The position numbers were made by a program, and so were the translations under genes. A stretch of DNA of 64,000 nt from Acidobacteriota bacterium. Lineage in GTDB: Bacteria; Acidobacteriota; UBA890; WLXD01. Every line of letters begins with the position of its first letter. Positions within the stretch are counted from its first letter, which is position 1. This document shows positions 48,766 through 59,468 of this stretch, one piece after another. The DNA is taken from NCBI GenBank assembly GCA_965248695.1, contig CBDFKD010000002.1, positions 2,752,001 through 2,816,000 on the forward strand, read 5' to 3'. The notes beneath the pieces were generated by a model that worked only from the letters and a program-made list of their open reading frames with translations, was not told the DNA's origin and ran no database searches.

Positions 48766-50181
48766 CTACCCGCGCCAAAGGCCCTCCTGCACCAAGTCGT
48801 CGACCGTCGCCTCGATGCTCTGCCGCAACACCTCGACGATGGTGTCGATCTGCTCGAGCGTCAGGATCAGCGGCGGCGACAGCACGTTCAGGTGACCCAG
48901 CGGCCGCACGAGCAGGCCACGAGCCTGAGCGTGTGCCGCGATCCGATTGCCGACCCCGACCTCCGCCGGCAACAGCTCCTTGGTCTCCTTGTCGGCCACG
49001 TTCTCGATGCAAAGCATGAAGTCCTTGCCGCGCACGTCGCCGACGATCGGTGAGTCCATCAGCGTCGCGAGCCTCTTCTCGAACTCCGGACCGACCTCGC
49101 GCACGTGGGCGCAGATCTCCTCGCGCTCCATGATCTCGATGTTCTTCACCCCGGCGGCGCACGAGACCGGATGCCCCGAGTAGGTGAACCCGTGGGTGAA
49201 CAGCGCCCCCTCCGCCTGCGGCACGCTGATGACGTCGTAGATCTCCTTCGACAGGATGGTCGCCGACAGCGGCACGTAGCCCGAGGTCAGCCCCTTGGCG
49301 CAGGTAATGATGTCGGGCACGAAGTCGAACACCGGCTCGGAGGCGAACATATGGCCCAGCCGTCCGAAGCCGGTCACCACCTCGTCGGAGATGTAGAGCA
49401 CGCCGTACTTGCGGCAGACCGCGAGCGTGCGGCGGTGGTAGCCGGGCGGTGGCACGATGACGCCACCGGCGCCCATGATGGGCTCGGCAATGAAGCAGGC
49501 GACGTTGTCCGGGCCCAGCTGCAGGATCGCGTCTTCCAGCTCCGCAACCTGCTGGTCGCAGAATTCATCGAGCGTCATGCCGGCGGGCCGCCGATAACAG
49601 TTGGGGGCGGAGACGTGATGCACCAGCTCGGTGTCGACGTCGAAGCCCTCATGGTCCGCCATCACCCCGGTCATCGACATCGCCAGGTAGGTGCTGCCGT
49701 GGTAGCCGTCGACGCGCGAGATGATCTTCTTCTTGGTGTGCTTGCCGAGCCGGTTGAAGTAGTAGTGGATGATGCGCACCGCCGTGTCGTTGGCCATCGA
49801 GCCGCCGGTGCCGAAGAAGATGTGGTCGAGGGTGCCGGGAGCCAGCTCGGCGAGCTTGGCCGCGAGCTCCGCCGCCGGTGGCGTGGCCAGGTGACCGAAG
49901 GTCGAGTAGTAGGGAATGCGGCGCGCCTGCTCACCGATGGCGGCGGCCATCTCCTCGTTGCCGTAGCCGATGTTGACGCACCACAACCCGCCGATCGCGT
50001 CCAGATACCGCGTGCCCTCGGAGTCGAGGACGTAGGCACCCTCCGACTCGGTCATGATAATCGAGCCTTCCTCCTTGAAGACGGAGAAATCCGTCCACGG
50101 GTGGATCGAGTGGTCGCGATCCTTGCGCCACAGCTCCTGCGTGTCGTGAGCGCGGGCGGCTTCCTCGAGGTGCTTCATCAT
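48766..50181 (-). CDS. Class III aminotransferase (HinC-like)
   Basis: DEVVTGFGR, AKGLTSGY, HGFTYSGHP. Confidence 0.9.
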   Translation of the reverse strand: MMKHLEEAARAHDTQELWRKDRDHSIHPWTDFSVFKEEGSIIMTESEGAYVLDSEGTRYLDAIGGLWCVNIGYGNEEMAAAIGEQARRIPYYSTFGHLATPPAAELAAKLAELAPGTLDHIFFGTGGSMANDTAVRIIHYYFNRLGKHTKKKIISRVDGYHGSTYLAMSMTGVMADHEGFDVDTELVHHVSAPNCYRRPAGMTLDEFCDQQVAELEDAILQLGPDNVACFIAEPIMGAGGVIVPPPGYHRRTLAVCRKYGVLYISDEVVTGFGRLGHMFASEPVFDFVPDIITCAKGLTSGYVPLSATILSKEIYDVISVPQAEGALFTHGFTYSGHPVSCAAGVKNIEIMEREEICAHVREVGPEFEKRLATLMDSPIVGDVRGKDFMLCIENVADKETKELLPAEVGVGNRIAAHAQARGLLVRPLGHLNVLSPPLILTLEQIDTIVEVLRQSIEATVDDLVQEGLWRG

Positions 50182-50202
50182 CAGCTCCGGGTTGTTGCTC
50201 GC

Positions 50203-50874
50203 TCACGGGTCGCCGGGCACGCCGTACGACGGTGCTTCGCTCGGGTCGAGTGCGCGGGTGACATAGGACTCCAGCTGCGGCTCGTACTCGCGCCAAAGCA
50301 CACCCAGCTGAGGGATCGGGTCGGTGTCCCAGTCGACGCGCAGATCGACGATCGGCCACGACACCTCGTGCGCCACCAGCAGCCCGGCGGAGCGCACCGG
50401 TCCCTCCTCACCGCCTGCCGCCAGCCCGGCCTCGAGGGCCGCCAGCAACCGCGAGGCGAGATGACCCTCGGATGCCTCGAAGCCGCGCACCATCGCCGAA
50501 GGAACCCCGCGGCTGGCCAGCAGGTTGCCGATAGCGACGCAGTCATGCCCCTCCGCCGCCGCGTGCCGCCCCAGGGTGCGCTCACCGCTGAAATGCGCCA
50601 CCCCTCCGTCCGTGTCGACGAGGGCCAGCTGTCGCCACGCAGCGTGCGGCGCCGAGTCCACCAGGGTGCCAAGCGCCTGCTCGGCCGGCCTCCCTTGTTC
50701 CAGCAGATCGAGGCCGCGCTCACCGAGGCTCGGATCGGTGATGTTCTGACTCAACGCGGCGCCAGCACCGGAACGCACGAAGGCGCAACGCGCCGCCACG
50801 CAGATGCTCGACGACGACACCGTCACCCCGACCATCCCGGTGCGCGCGCAACGGGCCGCGATTGACATCGTCAT
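50203..50874 (-). CDS. DUF1028 family protein (HinH-like)
   Basis: MTMSIAARC..TG, QNITDP.LG, DLRVDW, SYGVPGD. Confidence 0.88.
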   Translation of the reverse strand: MTMSIAARCARTGMVGVTVSSSSICVAARCAFVRSGAGAALSQNITDPSLGERGLDLLEQGRPAEQALGTLVDSAPHAAWRQLALVDTDGGVAHFSGERTLGRHAAAEGHDCVAIGNLLASRGVPSAMVRGFEASEGHLASRLLAALEAGLAAGGEEGPVRSAGLLVAHEVSWPIVDLRVDWDTDPIPQLGVLWREYEPQLESYVTRALDPSEAPSYGVPGDP

Positions 50875-51308
50875 TCGCGTCGCCCGTTGGCCGATCGGCC
50901 GGACTCGGCAATCACCGCGATCACATCGATCTCGACCAGCCAGTCGGTCGAGGCGAGGCCATCGACGATGAGCCCGGTGGACACCGGAAACACACCCTTC
51001 AGCCAGCTGCCGATGGTGCGGTAGACCGGCCCGCGATACGCCCGGTCGGTGAGATAGACAGTGATCTTGCACACATCGGCGAGCTCGCTTCCTGCCTCCT
51101 GGAGCAACTGCGCGACGTTGCGCATCGCCTGGTCGGCCTGAGCAGCGCAGTCGCCGATGCCCGCCGTGTTGCCTTCCAGGTCGGTGCCCACCTGGCCGCG
51201 CAGGAACACGATGTTGCCGGCGACAACGACCTGACACAGGTCGTTGTCGAGATCCTGGTCCGGATAGGTGTCGCGAGTGTTGAACTTGCGCAGCCTCGTA
51301 TGTGTCAT
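50871..51308 (-). CDS. RidA-family protein (HinL-like)
   Basis: HTRLRKFNTRDTYP.QDLDNDLCQ...VFPVSTG...VEIDVIAV. Confidence 0.9.
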   Translation of the reverse strand: MTHTRLRKFNTRDTYPDQDLDNDLCQVVVAGNIVFLRGQVGTDLEGNTAGIGDCAAQADQAMRNVAQLLQEAGSELADVCKITVYLTDRAYRGPVYRTIGSWLKGVFPVSTGLIVDGLASTDWLVEIDVIAVIAESGRSANGRRE

Positions 51309-51341
51309 GCCACACGTTCCCCGAGTCCGGATGGTCTGGCG

Positions 51342-52790
51342 CTACGACTCCCGATCAGACAGCCCGGCCGCCTTCTTGACGAGATCCAGCGGACCGGAAA
51401 AGTCGAAGTTGTTGTACACCGCCGCCAGGTGAGCGAACGGCGGCGACTGGGCAAACAGCTCGAAGGTCACCCGGTGACCGGCGTAGTCGGAGTTGATGAG
51501 ATCGCGCGCGTAGGCCAGCAGCTTGCGGCGATCCTCCGCCACCCAGTTGTCGTTGACGTTGTAGTACTTCTCCAGCCACGGTCCGATCTCCGGCGCAGCG
51601 AACGACTGGCTGTCGGGCGTGATGCAAATCTGACCGCCACACAGCTCGCGCGCCAGATGCACGATGGCTGGAAGCTGGCTGCACGCCAGCACTCGGCCGG
51701 TGTACAGGAGCGACTGATTCGGCATCAGCAGACCGGCCGGGCTGCGCTCACCGTGAGCGATCGCCGCCGTCAGGTGGGCGTTGATCCCCTCCCGATAGCA
51801 CGCCATGGAAGCCAGTTTCTCGCGCACCGCCTGCTGCTTGTCGGTGCCGGTCTGGCGAACGTTGAACAGCGCCGTACCGATCAACAGATCGGCGATGGTC
51901 AGGATGCGCTGCACGAACGGAAAGGCGCTGTAGCGATGCAATGTGGCGCGAATGAACGCCGCGGCGCGCGTGTGGCGGTGGAATAGAACGTCCTCCCACG
52001 GGATCAGCACGTCGTCGAAGATCATCAGCGAGTCGACCTCGTCGAAGCGGCTGGCGATCGGATAGTCGGCGGCGGCGCCGCGCTCGGCGAACCCCGACCG
52101 GCACAGGTGCTTCAGGCCGGCGGCGTTCATCGGCACGATGAAGCCAACCGCGTAGTCGGACAGCTCGGCATCGCCCCAGTTGGCGATCGTCGGTTTGGCA
52201 AACGCCTGGTTGGAATAGGCCGAGGCGGTCTCGTACTTGGCCCCCCGCACCACAATGCCGGCATCAGTCTCGCGCACCACGTGCAGCAACATGTCCGGGT
52301 CCTGGTCCTGCGGCGCTTTCGAGCGATCGCCCTTGGGATCGGTGTTGGCCGACACATGGAACGGAACGCCCACCAGCGCGTGCTGAATGTGGCGCTCGAT
52401 ATTGCTGGCAAACCGCGGGTCGATCTCGGCAAGCACGTCGGTGCCGTCGAACAGCGACCACATCTCGCCGATGGTCTCGTCGCCGACCCGAATCACCACG
52501 CCGCCGATGTCGCCCATCACCGCGTCGACCGCACGTCGCTTGTCGTGCCAGTCGCGTTCCACCTTCGGCAACTTCAACGCGATGGCATTCGTCTCGCCAG
52601 TATCGTCATCGACGTAGCTCATCACCTCGCGGTGCTGCTCTTCGTGCGCCATGTCGTAGATGCGCGCCCGCACGTCGACGATCGGCTTGAAGGCGGGATG
52701 GATGGGAACGTCGTCGACCCGCTCGCCGTCGATCCACACCTCGCGATCGTCACGGATCGACTCCACGTACTGCTCGGCGGTTCGGATCAC
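51342..52790 (-). CDS. 4-hydroxyphenylacetate 3-hydroxylase (HpaB)-family flavin monooxygenase
   Basis: YVESIRD.REVWIDGE, NTDPKGDRS, YPIASRFDEVD. Confidence 0.9.
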   Translation of the reverse strand: MIRTAEQYVESIRDDREVWIDGERVDDVPIHPAFKPIVDVRARIYDMAHEEQHREVMSYVDDDTGETNAIALKLPKVERDWHDKRRAVDAVMGDIGGVVIRVGDETIGEMWSLFDGTDVLAEIDPRFASNIERHIQHALVGVPFHVSANTDPKGDRSKAPQDQDPDMLLHVVRETDAGIVVRGAKYETASAYSNQAFAKPTIANWGDAELSDYAVGFIVPMNAAGLKHLCRSGFAERGAAADYPIASRFDEVDSLMIFDDVLIPWEDVLFHRHTRAAAFIRATLHRYSAFPFVQRILTIADLLIGTALFNVRQTGTDKQQAVREKLASMACYREGINAHLTAAIAHGERSPAGLLMPNQSLLYTGRVLACSQLPAIVHLARELCGGQICITPDSQSFAAPEIGPWLEKYYNVNDNWVAEDRRKLLAYARDLINSDYAGHRVTFELFAQSPPFAHLAAVYNNFDFSGPLDLVKKAAGLSDRES

Positions 52791-52968
52791 GGTCGAGACT
52801 CACCCTCGCTGGCGCAATTCGCTCTGGTAATCGCCACGATGCGGCATCCAAACAAAGACCGGCGACCTTGTCCACCACCATTACCTGGAACCTGAGGTCA
52901 CGCCACAGAATCGGCTATTCTTCCGGACCACCGCATCAGTGCAAATGAGCTACGAAAGCAGGAGAGGC

Positions 52969-54526
52969 ATGGTGAACACTGAACAGGATCACGCCGGAGG
53001 CCCAAGCGGCCTCAGCAGCCGCGGACGGATAGCCGGCTCGCTCCCATCGTTGGCCGCCGCAACAGTCCTGGTCATGGCGCTGCCGATGTCGACCGTGGCC
53101 AACCCACAGGCCGGCCCGCCTGTCCGAGACGCACGACAAACGCCACGTGCCTATCGCATGGCCTCCCGGCAGCTCATGTTGCCCGGAATCGTCGGGCGGC
53201 ACTCCGGGCACGATGTCAACATGATCGCCCGCATCCTCAACGTGGCGAATCGCGAGATCGACATCGCCATCGAGCTCATCGAGCGCGACGAAAAAACCCC
53301 CGCCGTCATCCTGAGACATAAGCTCGCAAGGCGCGCACTGCTGGCGATCCATGGCGACAGGGAGCTCGATCCCGGCTTCATCGGTGCCATGACGATCAGC
53401 TCCAATAAACCAGTCGTCGCCATTGTCAACCTGGGGCCCCGCCTTGGGCCTACCGGCACTGCCATCGGCTACAACCCCACCCACGCCGGCGGATCGTCGA
53501 TCCTCACCCAGAATCGACACGGCAAGGGCTTCATGACGTTCTCCCAGCTGGTCAACTTCGAGAGGCAGGAGGTGTCGGCGAACCTCTTCGGCAACGACGG
53601 CAACAACAACGGGTGGTAACTGGGGTACGAAGATCGCGCCGGGGGGCAACTGGTTTCGGAGCGTCGGCGAGATTTTCCAGACCGGCGGAGCCGTGCAGCC
53701 ACTATCGATCTTCAACGCCGTTGCGCCGACCGACAAGGTGGGCTCCGGGGCGATTATCCAGGACACCAAGACCGGCGATATGTACTGGAACCCGGCCACG
53801 TTCCAGCACATCGCGGGTCAGCGCATCATCCTGCCGCGCCTCGTCAACTTCAACGGCGAGACGTCGACGCTGTTTGTTCAGAACCATGGGGCTACGGCGG
53901 TCAACGTGCACGTGACCCGGCATACGGGGCCGGCGCAGTCGACCACCACCGATTTTCCACTCATCCTCAACGAGCTCATGATCATCGAGGATTTCGGAGG
54001 CCACGATGACCCTGGCGGCGACTTCCTGCCCTGGGTCGAGATCTTCGGAACAACCAACGGCCTGCGCGGAGCCGAGGATGCCTTCCTAAGCGCCGTGCTG
54101 ACGACCGACCAGACCCCGCCCGGGCGCATCGCCAGCGCCGACTCCGGCGCCCGCGGCGTCAAGTCGGGCAACTTCCACACGCTGGTGCCCTCGTGGACGG
54201 AGGAGTACGGCGCCAACAAGCGCGCCGTGGCGTTCGGAGCCACGGCCTCCGACAGCTCCACCGTAAGCTTCTGCGCGCTCAACATCGGACCCAAGCCGGC
54301 GCGCGTGAAGGTGGTGGTGCGCGATGCCGACGGCAAGCGAGTGTTCTCCAAGGCCGTCGACGTCGGCGCCAACGAGACCGTCGACGTGCCGTTCCCGAGT
54401 CGCGTACAGGGCGAGAATCTGTACGTCGACGCCAAGATCTCCAAATCGGGACCGGTGTTCACCTACCTGCGCGAGGAACGCGACACCGGCGAAACCAACT
54501 ACATTCCGGGAATCGCGCTGAAGTAA
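52969..54526 (+). pseudogene. Exported hypothetical protein split at ~53615
   Basis: Signal-like N-terminus; coding continues in a shifted frame into ORF 53693-54526. Confidence 0.55.
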
Positions 54527-54532
54527 CGCGGC

Positions 54533-55153
54533 ATGCGACAGCGACACTTCATCGACACTCACAAGGTCGCCACCGGCCCCGCCGTGCTCGGCATGATGGC
54601 CTGGCATTCCTCCTGGGATCACGCCACCGCCTGGATTTACCTCGCGCTGCACGGAACCTACGGGTTGCTGTGGGTCTGGAAAAGCCGCACCTTTCCCGAC
54701 AAGAGCTGGGAGGAGCGCTGCACGGTGGTCTACGGCCTGACGATCTGGGCCGGGCTGTCGCTGTACTGGATCGCCCCGTGGATCGTGACCTCCGGTGGCG
54801 TCGAGCCGGCCCCGTGGTATCTGGCTGCCTGCATCACGCTGTGGGGCCTCGGCGTGTTCCTACACTTCGCCTCCGACATGCACAAGAACATCGCACTGCA
54901 GCTGCAGCCCGAGCACCTCGTACACACCGGCCTCTGGGCCCGTTGCCGCAACCCCAATTACCTGGGCGAGCTGTTCATCTACCTGGGCTTCGGCCTGCTT
55001 GCGATGCACTGGTTGCCGATGCTGGTGATCGGGCTGTTCCTGGTGGCGGTGTGGATCCCAAACATGCTCAAGAAGGATCGATCGCTGGCGCGCTACCCGG
55101 AGTTCGAGGCCTACAAGGCGCGCAGCTGGTTCCTGCTGCCGCCGCTGATCTGA
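54533..55153 (+). CDS. DUF1295/steroid-reductase-like membrane protein
   Basis: GLWARCRNPNYLGE. Confidence 0.85.
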   Translation: MRQRHFIDTHKVATGPAVLGMMAWHSSWDHATAWIYLALHGTYGLLWVWKSRTFPDKSWEERCTVVYGLTIWAGLSLYWIAPWIVTSGGVEPAPWYLAACITLWGLGVFLHFASDMHKNIALQLQPEHLVHTGLWARCRNPNYLGELFIYLGFGLLAMHWLPMLVIGLFLVAVWIPNMLKKDRSLARYPEFEAYKARSWFLLPPLI

Positions 55154-55356
55154 TCGCAGGCAGATTCAACATCGTCGCGCTGATCGACCGCCGCGCCGAG
55201 TCCTGCGCGAGCCCGAGCTGCTCGTGCAGAGTGTGCGCCGTTCACAGCCCCTTGGTCTTCGGGACACAGAAAAACAGCGACGCGCGCCGGACGGGCCGAT
55301 GATGGCCTCGCTGCCACAGGAGGGTCCAATGCAGGCGCCTAGAAATACGCGGCGCA

Positions 55357-56136
55357 ATGCTAGTGGCTGCCGGCGCCGTGTCGCTTTCGTCGCTCCTCGA
55401 GCTCTCCGCGCTAGCGGAGCCTACCGCTGGCTCAGCGGGTGAGCCGATCATCCGCAAGGTGGGTATCAGCGACGATGAGACGCAGATGCTCATCTACGCT
55501 AGGAATTTGTGTGCCAATCCCGTAGTGATGCTGTCGACGATCGAGTTGGAGGTCGATATCTGTCGACTTGGGTCACCCCAGCTGATCATCGCGGACTTGC
55601 CTGAGCACATCGATCCGGCAGGTTACAGGCTGTGAGTGGATTGCGGCGTCAACAGCCGTGGCAATGGCATGCTCGGCTACGTCTTCGTCGGCGGCGGTGG
55701 CGCTGTCCTGGGTACGCAGGGTCCGCAGGGTCCCAGGGGTTTTCCGGGCAGCGACGACGCCGACGGCATGGACGGCGCTGATGGCCAGGACGGTGCCGTT
55801 GGAGCGACCGGGCCGATGGGCCCCCCAGGAGCGCCAGGGCCCCCCGGCCCGGTTGGAGTGAGCGAGTATCAAAGGGTCGCCGGTACCTGCACGGCAATCC
55901 CCCCCACCAGGGCGAACGGAGTCCAAGCCACCTGCCCGGCCGGCACGAAAGCACTTGGTGGCGGCGTCTTCTGGTACGACGATGCAGCTTGCACTATCCC
56001 GGCAATCGACCTTACCCTGCAGGTCAGCAGCAGCGGGCCCACCAGCGACACGCTATGGGATGCCGGGGTCTTGAACAACGATCGCGGGGTCACCCTGTAC
56101 GCGCAGGCCAGGGCCATCTGCGCCATTGTCGGCTGA
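55357..56136 (+). pseudogene. Collagen-like repeat surface protein, disrupted
   Basis: G-X-Y repeats 55711-55857; ATCPAGTKALGGG C-domain; N-part stops at 55635. Confidence 0.6.
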
Positions 56137-56421
56137 GCGCGGTTCAGCGCCCAGCGAATTGGGTCGGTGCGTTTTCTGGCCGCAGCTGATCTGAGATGCG
56201 CTGGACCCACTACGTCCGCAACGGCGCACGGCGACGCTGCCCGCGCTGTGGCCGGGAGCCGCTGTTTCGCCGCTGGAATCATCTGCGCAACGGCTGCACC
56301 GCTTGCGGCCTCCGCTACCTGATCAACCCCGGCGACCCTGGGCCTAGCTGCTGGTGATCGATCGCGGCGCGCTGATCCTGCCGCCTATCGGGCTGATCTA
56401 CTTCGGCCTGCTGCCACGCGA

Positions 56422-56540
56422 CCCGCGGTGGATCGTGGCTATCTTCGCCGTCTACATCGCGGCGGTCGTCTATACCGCACCAAATCGCTACGGCATCTGC
56501 ATCGCGTTGGACGTGTTGACGCGCGGCGAGGACGGCGAAC
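56422..56540 (+). repeat. ~115-bp imperfect direct repeat (partner 57917-58031)
   Basis: Both encode PRWIVA.FA..IAA..YT.P.RY.ICIALDVLTRGEDGE. Confidence 0.8.
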
Positions 56541-56556
56541 GCCGCCGCTGATCTGA

Positions 56557-57720
56557 CTACAGGCAGGGTCCCGGATCGCCTACCTCGTCGCCGCCCACCG
56601 GGCCGGCCTCTTCCGGTAGACCCTCTTCCTCACCGAGAGACGTCAACGATCCGTCGGATTGGATCGCAAAAGCGCCTATCGTGCCGCTACCCGCGTTGCT
56701 CACGTACATATAACGACCGCCGCGAGCAATGGCCAAGTCGTTTGGACCCAGTCCCGGAATCGCGACCACACCGTCGAAGAGCTCGAGTTGCCCGCTGTTG
56801 GGGTCGACTTTGTAGCCACTGATGGTGCCGGAGTCCCTGTTGGTGGTGTAGGTGAAGCCGCTCTTGCTGTCATGGGCGAGCGCGCCAGTCTCGGTCTGGG
56901 AGTTGTCCACCGAACCCGAGATCACATCCAGCGCTCCGTTGGGTCCCACCCGGTACGACGACACGGCCCCCGCCGCGCCCGTGCCGACCGGGAAGTTGCC
57001 GAACGCCTCGGCTACGAGCAGCCGGTTCCGACGTGCGAAGGCGCAGCCGAAGGGCGTGTTGCCGTTGGAAATGTTCATCACCGGGTTGGCGCTGGGAGAG
57101 CCAAACTGACTCATGCCGTAGATGCGAATGCTGTTGTCACCCTTGATCGTCACAGCCAGCAGGTTACCGGCACGATTGAAACTGACCTGCGCGGGAGAGA
57201 CGAGAAAGAACGGCGGGTTCTCCCCATTCAAGTTCAGGTCCCGTGTCGTGCCGGAAAGTGGTTCGAGCCTGTCCTCGCCGAAGTTGAAACCCGTGATGTT
57301 GGCTGAACCCCCGGTGTTGAGAACGAAGAGCCATCCCTTCGCCATAGTCAGGCTCGCGGGGGCCTGACCCCCCGATTTGATCGTCTGAACGACTTCCAGC
57401 CCCGACTTGCTGGCGCGCATGACCGTGATGCTGTTGCTCTTGGAGTTGGCGGCGAACAGCCAGCGACCGCTCTTGGTGACCGGGAAGCGCTTCCGCGCGC
57501 CGAGCCCGTCCGGGGTGTCAACGCCACGGCCGCCAGTGCGGAAGTCTGCGAAATGGGTTAGTGATCCATCCGCGTTGCGGTCGAAAACGACGATCTCGTT
57601 CCTGCGCTGGTTGCTCATTGCGTAGACGCGATCGCGCCAGCCAGCTTCGGCCGGCGAGTAGCTCGCCGTCGCAACCAGCATGCCGAGGGCTAAACTCGGT
57701 ACGAGTATCTTGCGATGCAC
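56557..57720 (-). CDS. Lactonase-family 7-bladed beta-propeller
   Basis: VYAMSN, TGGRG, LFAANSKSNSIT, YVSNAGSGTI. Confidence 0.85.
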   Translation of the reverse strand: MHRKILVPSLALGMLVATASYSPAEAGWRDRVYAMSNQRRNEIVVFDRNADGSLTHFADFRTGGRGVDTPDGLGARKRFPVTKSGRWLFAANSKSNSITVMRASKSGLEVVQTIKSGGQAPASLTMAKGWLFVLNTGGSANITGFNFGEDRLEPLSGTTRDLNLNGENPPFFLVSPAQVSFNRAGNLLAVTIKGDNSIRIYGMSQFGSPSANPVMNISNGNTPFGCAFARRNRLLVAEAFGNFPVGTGAAGAVSSYRVGPNGALDVISGSVDNSQTETGALAHDSKSGFTYTTNRDSGTISGYKVDPNSGQLELFDGVVAIPGLGPNDLAIARGGRYMYVSNAGSGTIGAFAIQSDGSLTSLGEEEGLPEEAGPVGGDEVGDPGPCL

Positions 57721-58035
57721 TTCAACCTCCTAGCGGTCGAGTCGTCTCGTCTTACGTACCCTGGATGGTAACCGAGGCCTGCGCTTGCACGGCGTGAGCA
57801 TCATCCCGCCCCTATCGGCTGACCTTCCCGGGCCGATTCCGCGGCACTACCGTGAACGCCCCGATCACAGAACGCAGCCGGGGTAGCTACATAAGCAACA
57901 GTGCTCGGCGGCGGTGCCCGCGGTGGATCGTGGCTCTGTTCGCCGCCTTCATCGCGGCGATCTACACCACGCCGCATCGCTACCGCATCTGCATCGCGTT
58001 GGACGTGTTGACGCGCGGCGAGGACGGCGAACCCT

Positions 58036-58285
58036 CTACTTGACCGTCGCGCTGACCGTCTTGTTGGCCGCCTGGAGGTCGCCGTCGGTCGGAGTGACAG
58101 TGCGCTCCAGCCGATCGCCCTTCTTGAACTGATCGACGGCGAGGGCATCGGCGTGTGCCGCGATGGTGACCTCGCGGACCACCTTGCCGTTGACCGTCCA
58201 GACGTATTCGTAGGACACGATCGTGTAGTCCGGATCGTCATTCACCAACGCGTGCTTGATCTGACAGAAAGGCACGATCCCGGTC
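58036..58285 (-). pseudogene. C-terminal fragment paralogous to the M23 peptidase tail (60760-61004)
   Basis: PFCQI.H.L..DDPDY..VSY.YVWTVN..VVR.VTIAAHADALAVDQF. Confidence 0.8.
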
Positions 58286-58543
58286 GCCGGTGTCGCGATC
58301 GACCTTCTTGTCTGGTCGGCAGCGATTCTCCGTTCATTTCGCGTCTCGCAGGTGGGGGCCGCTGCTGTGGCCGCTGGAGCCGATCAACCCGATGTGCTCC
58401 CCGGCCACGAGCATGTCTCGAGCCTTACGGGCGACGACGACAACTATCCGATCAGCTATCCTTCCCGAACACTCATCGGTGCTCGACAAGCACACGCTGT
58501 AACTTCCCATCGACTCAACGCAGGTACCACAGGGAGAAACACA

Positions 58544-58657
58544 TTGGGCAAGGGCGACCCGCGCACCAAGCGCGGCAAGATATTCATGGGCTCGCACGGC
58601 AAGAAGCGGCCGAAGGCCACGAGCAAGAAGAAGAAGACCAGCGGCTCCAAGAAGTAG
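58544..58657 (+). CDS. thx: 30S ribosomal protein bTHX
   Basis: GGGAGA RBS, TTG start, MGKGDPRTKRGKIFMGSHGKKRPK. Confidence 0.85.
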   Translation: MGKGDPRTKRGKIFMGSHGKKRPKATSKKKKTSGSKK

Positions 58658-58666
58658 GGAGCCGCA

Positions 58667-59452
58667 ATGAGCGACATTCCGGCGACCGACCTCATGGCCG
58701 GCAAGAAGGGCCTGATCGTCGGTGTGGCCAACCAACGCTCGATAGCCTGGGGCATCGCCCGTCGGGCCGCCGCGGCCGGGGCGCAGCTGGCGTTCACCTA
58801 CCAGGGGGAGGCGCTGCTCAAGCGCGTGCAGCCACTGGCCGAGTCGATCGGCAGCGACGTGCTGGTGCCCATGGACGTCACCGACGAAGCTCAGGTGGAC
58901 GGCGCGTTCGCCCAGGTGCAGGACGGCCTCGGCGGCCTCGACTTCCTGGTGCACTCCATCGCCTACGCCGAGCGCGAGGACCTCAAGGGTCGCACCATCG
59001 ACACTTCCCGCGAGGGCTTCCTCAAGGCCATGGAGATCAGCGTCTACTCGCTGCTGCTGCTGGCCCGCAAGGCCGAGCCGCTGATGACCGACGGCGGCAG
59101 CATCGTGGCGATGACCTACTACGGCTCGGTGAAGGCAGTGCCCAACTACAACGTCATGGGCATCGCCAAGGCCGGACTCGAGGCCTCGGTGCGCTACCTG
59201 GCGCTTGATCTGGGCGAGAAGAACATCCGCGTCAACGCCATCTCGGCCGGCCCCATCAAGACCCTGGCCGCCTCGGGTGTGTCAGGACTGCGCGGCATGC
59301 TCGCCGCGATGGCCGAGCGCGCGCCGCTGCGGCGCAACGTGGACACGGACGACGTCGGCGCCGCCGGTCTGTATCTGCTGTCCGACCTCGCCAAGGGAGT
59401 CACCGGCGAAGTGCACTACGTCGACGCGGGGCTCAGCACCACGGCGATGTGA
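58667..59452 (+). CDS. fabI: Enoyl-ACP reductase FabI
   Basis: [36 protein letters not shown]. Confidence 0.96.
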   Translation: MSDIPATDLMAGKKGLIVGVANQRSIAWGIARRAAAAGAQLAFTYQGEALLKRVQPLAESIGSDVLVPMDVTDEAQVDGAFAQVQDGLGGLDFLVHSIAYAEREDLKGRTIDTSREGFLKAMEISVYSLLLLARKAEPLMTDGGSIVAMTYYGSVKAVPNYNVMGIAKAGLEASVRYLALDLGEKNIRVNAISAGPIKTLAASGVSGLRGMLAAMAERAPLRRNVDTDDVGAAGLYLLSDLAKGVTGEVHYVDAGLSTTAM

Positions 59453-59468
59453 CGCAAGGGAGGCCCTC

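Noticed and set aside
37756-51986. Long plus-strand ORFs opposite real genes (e.g. 39192-40712, 49105-50865, 50862-51986)
   Set aside because: Antisense shadows of GC-rich coding sequence with no recognisable motifs.
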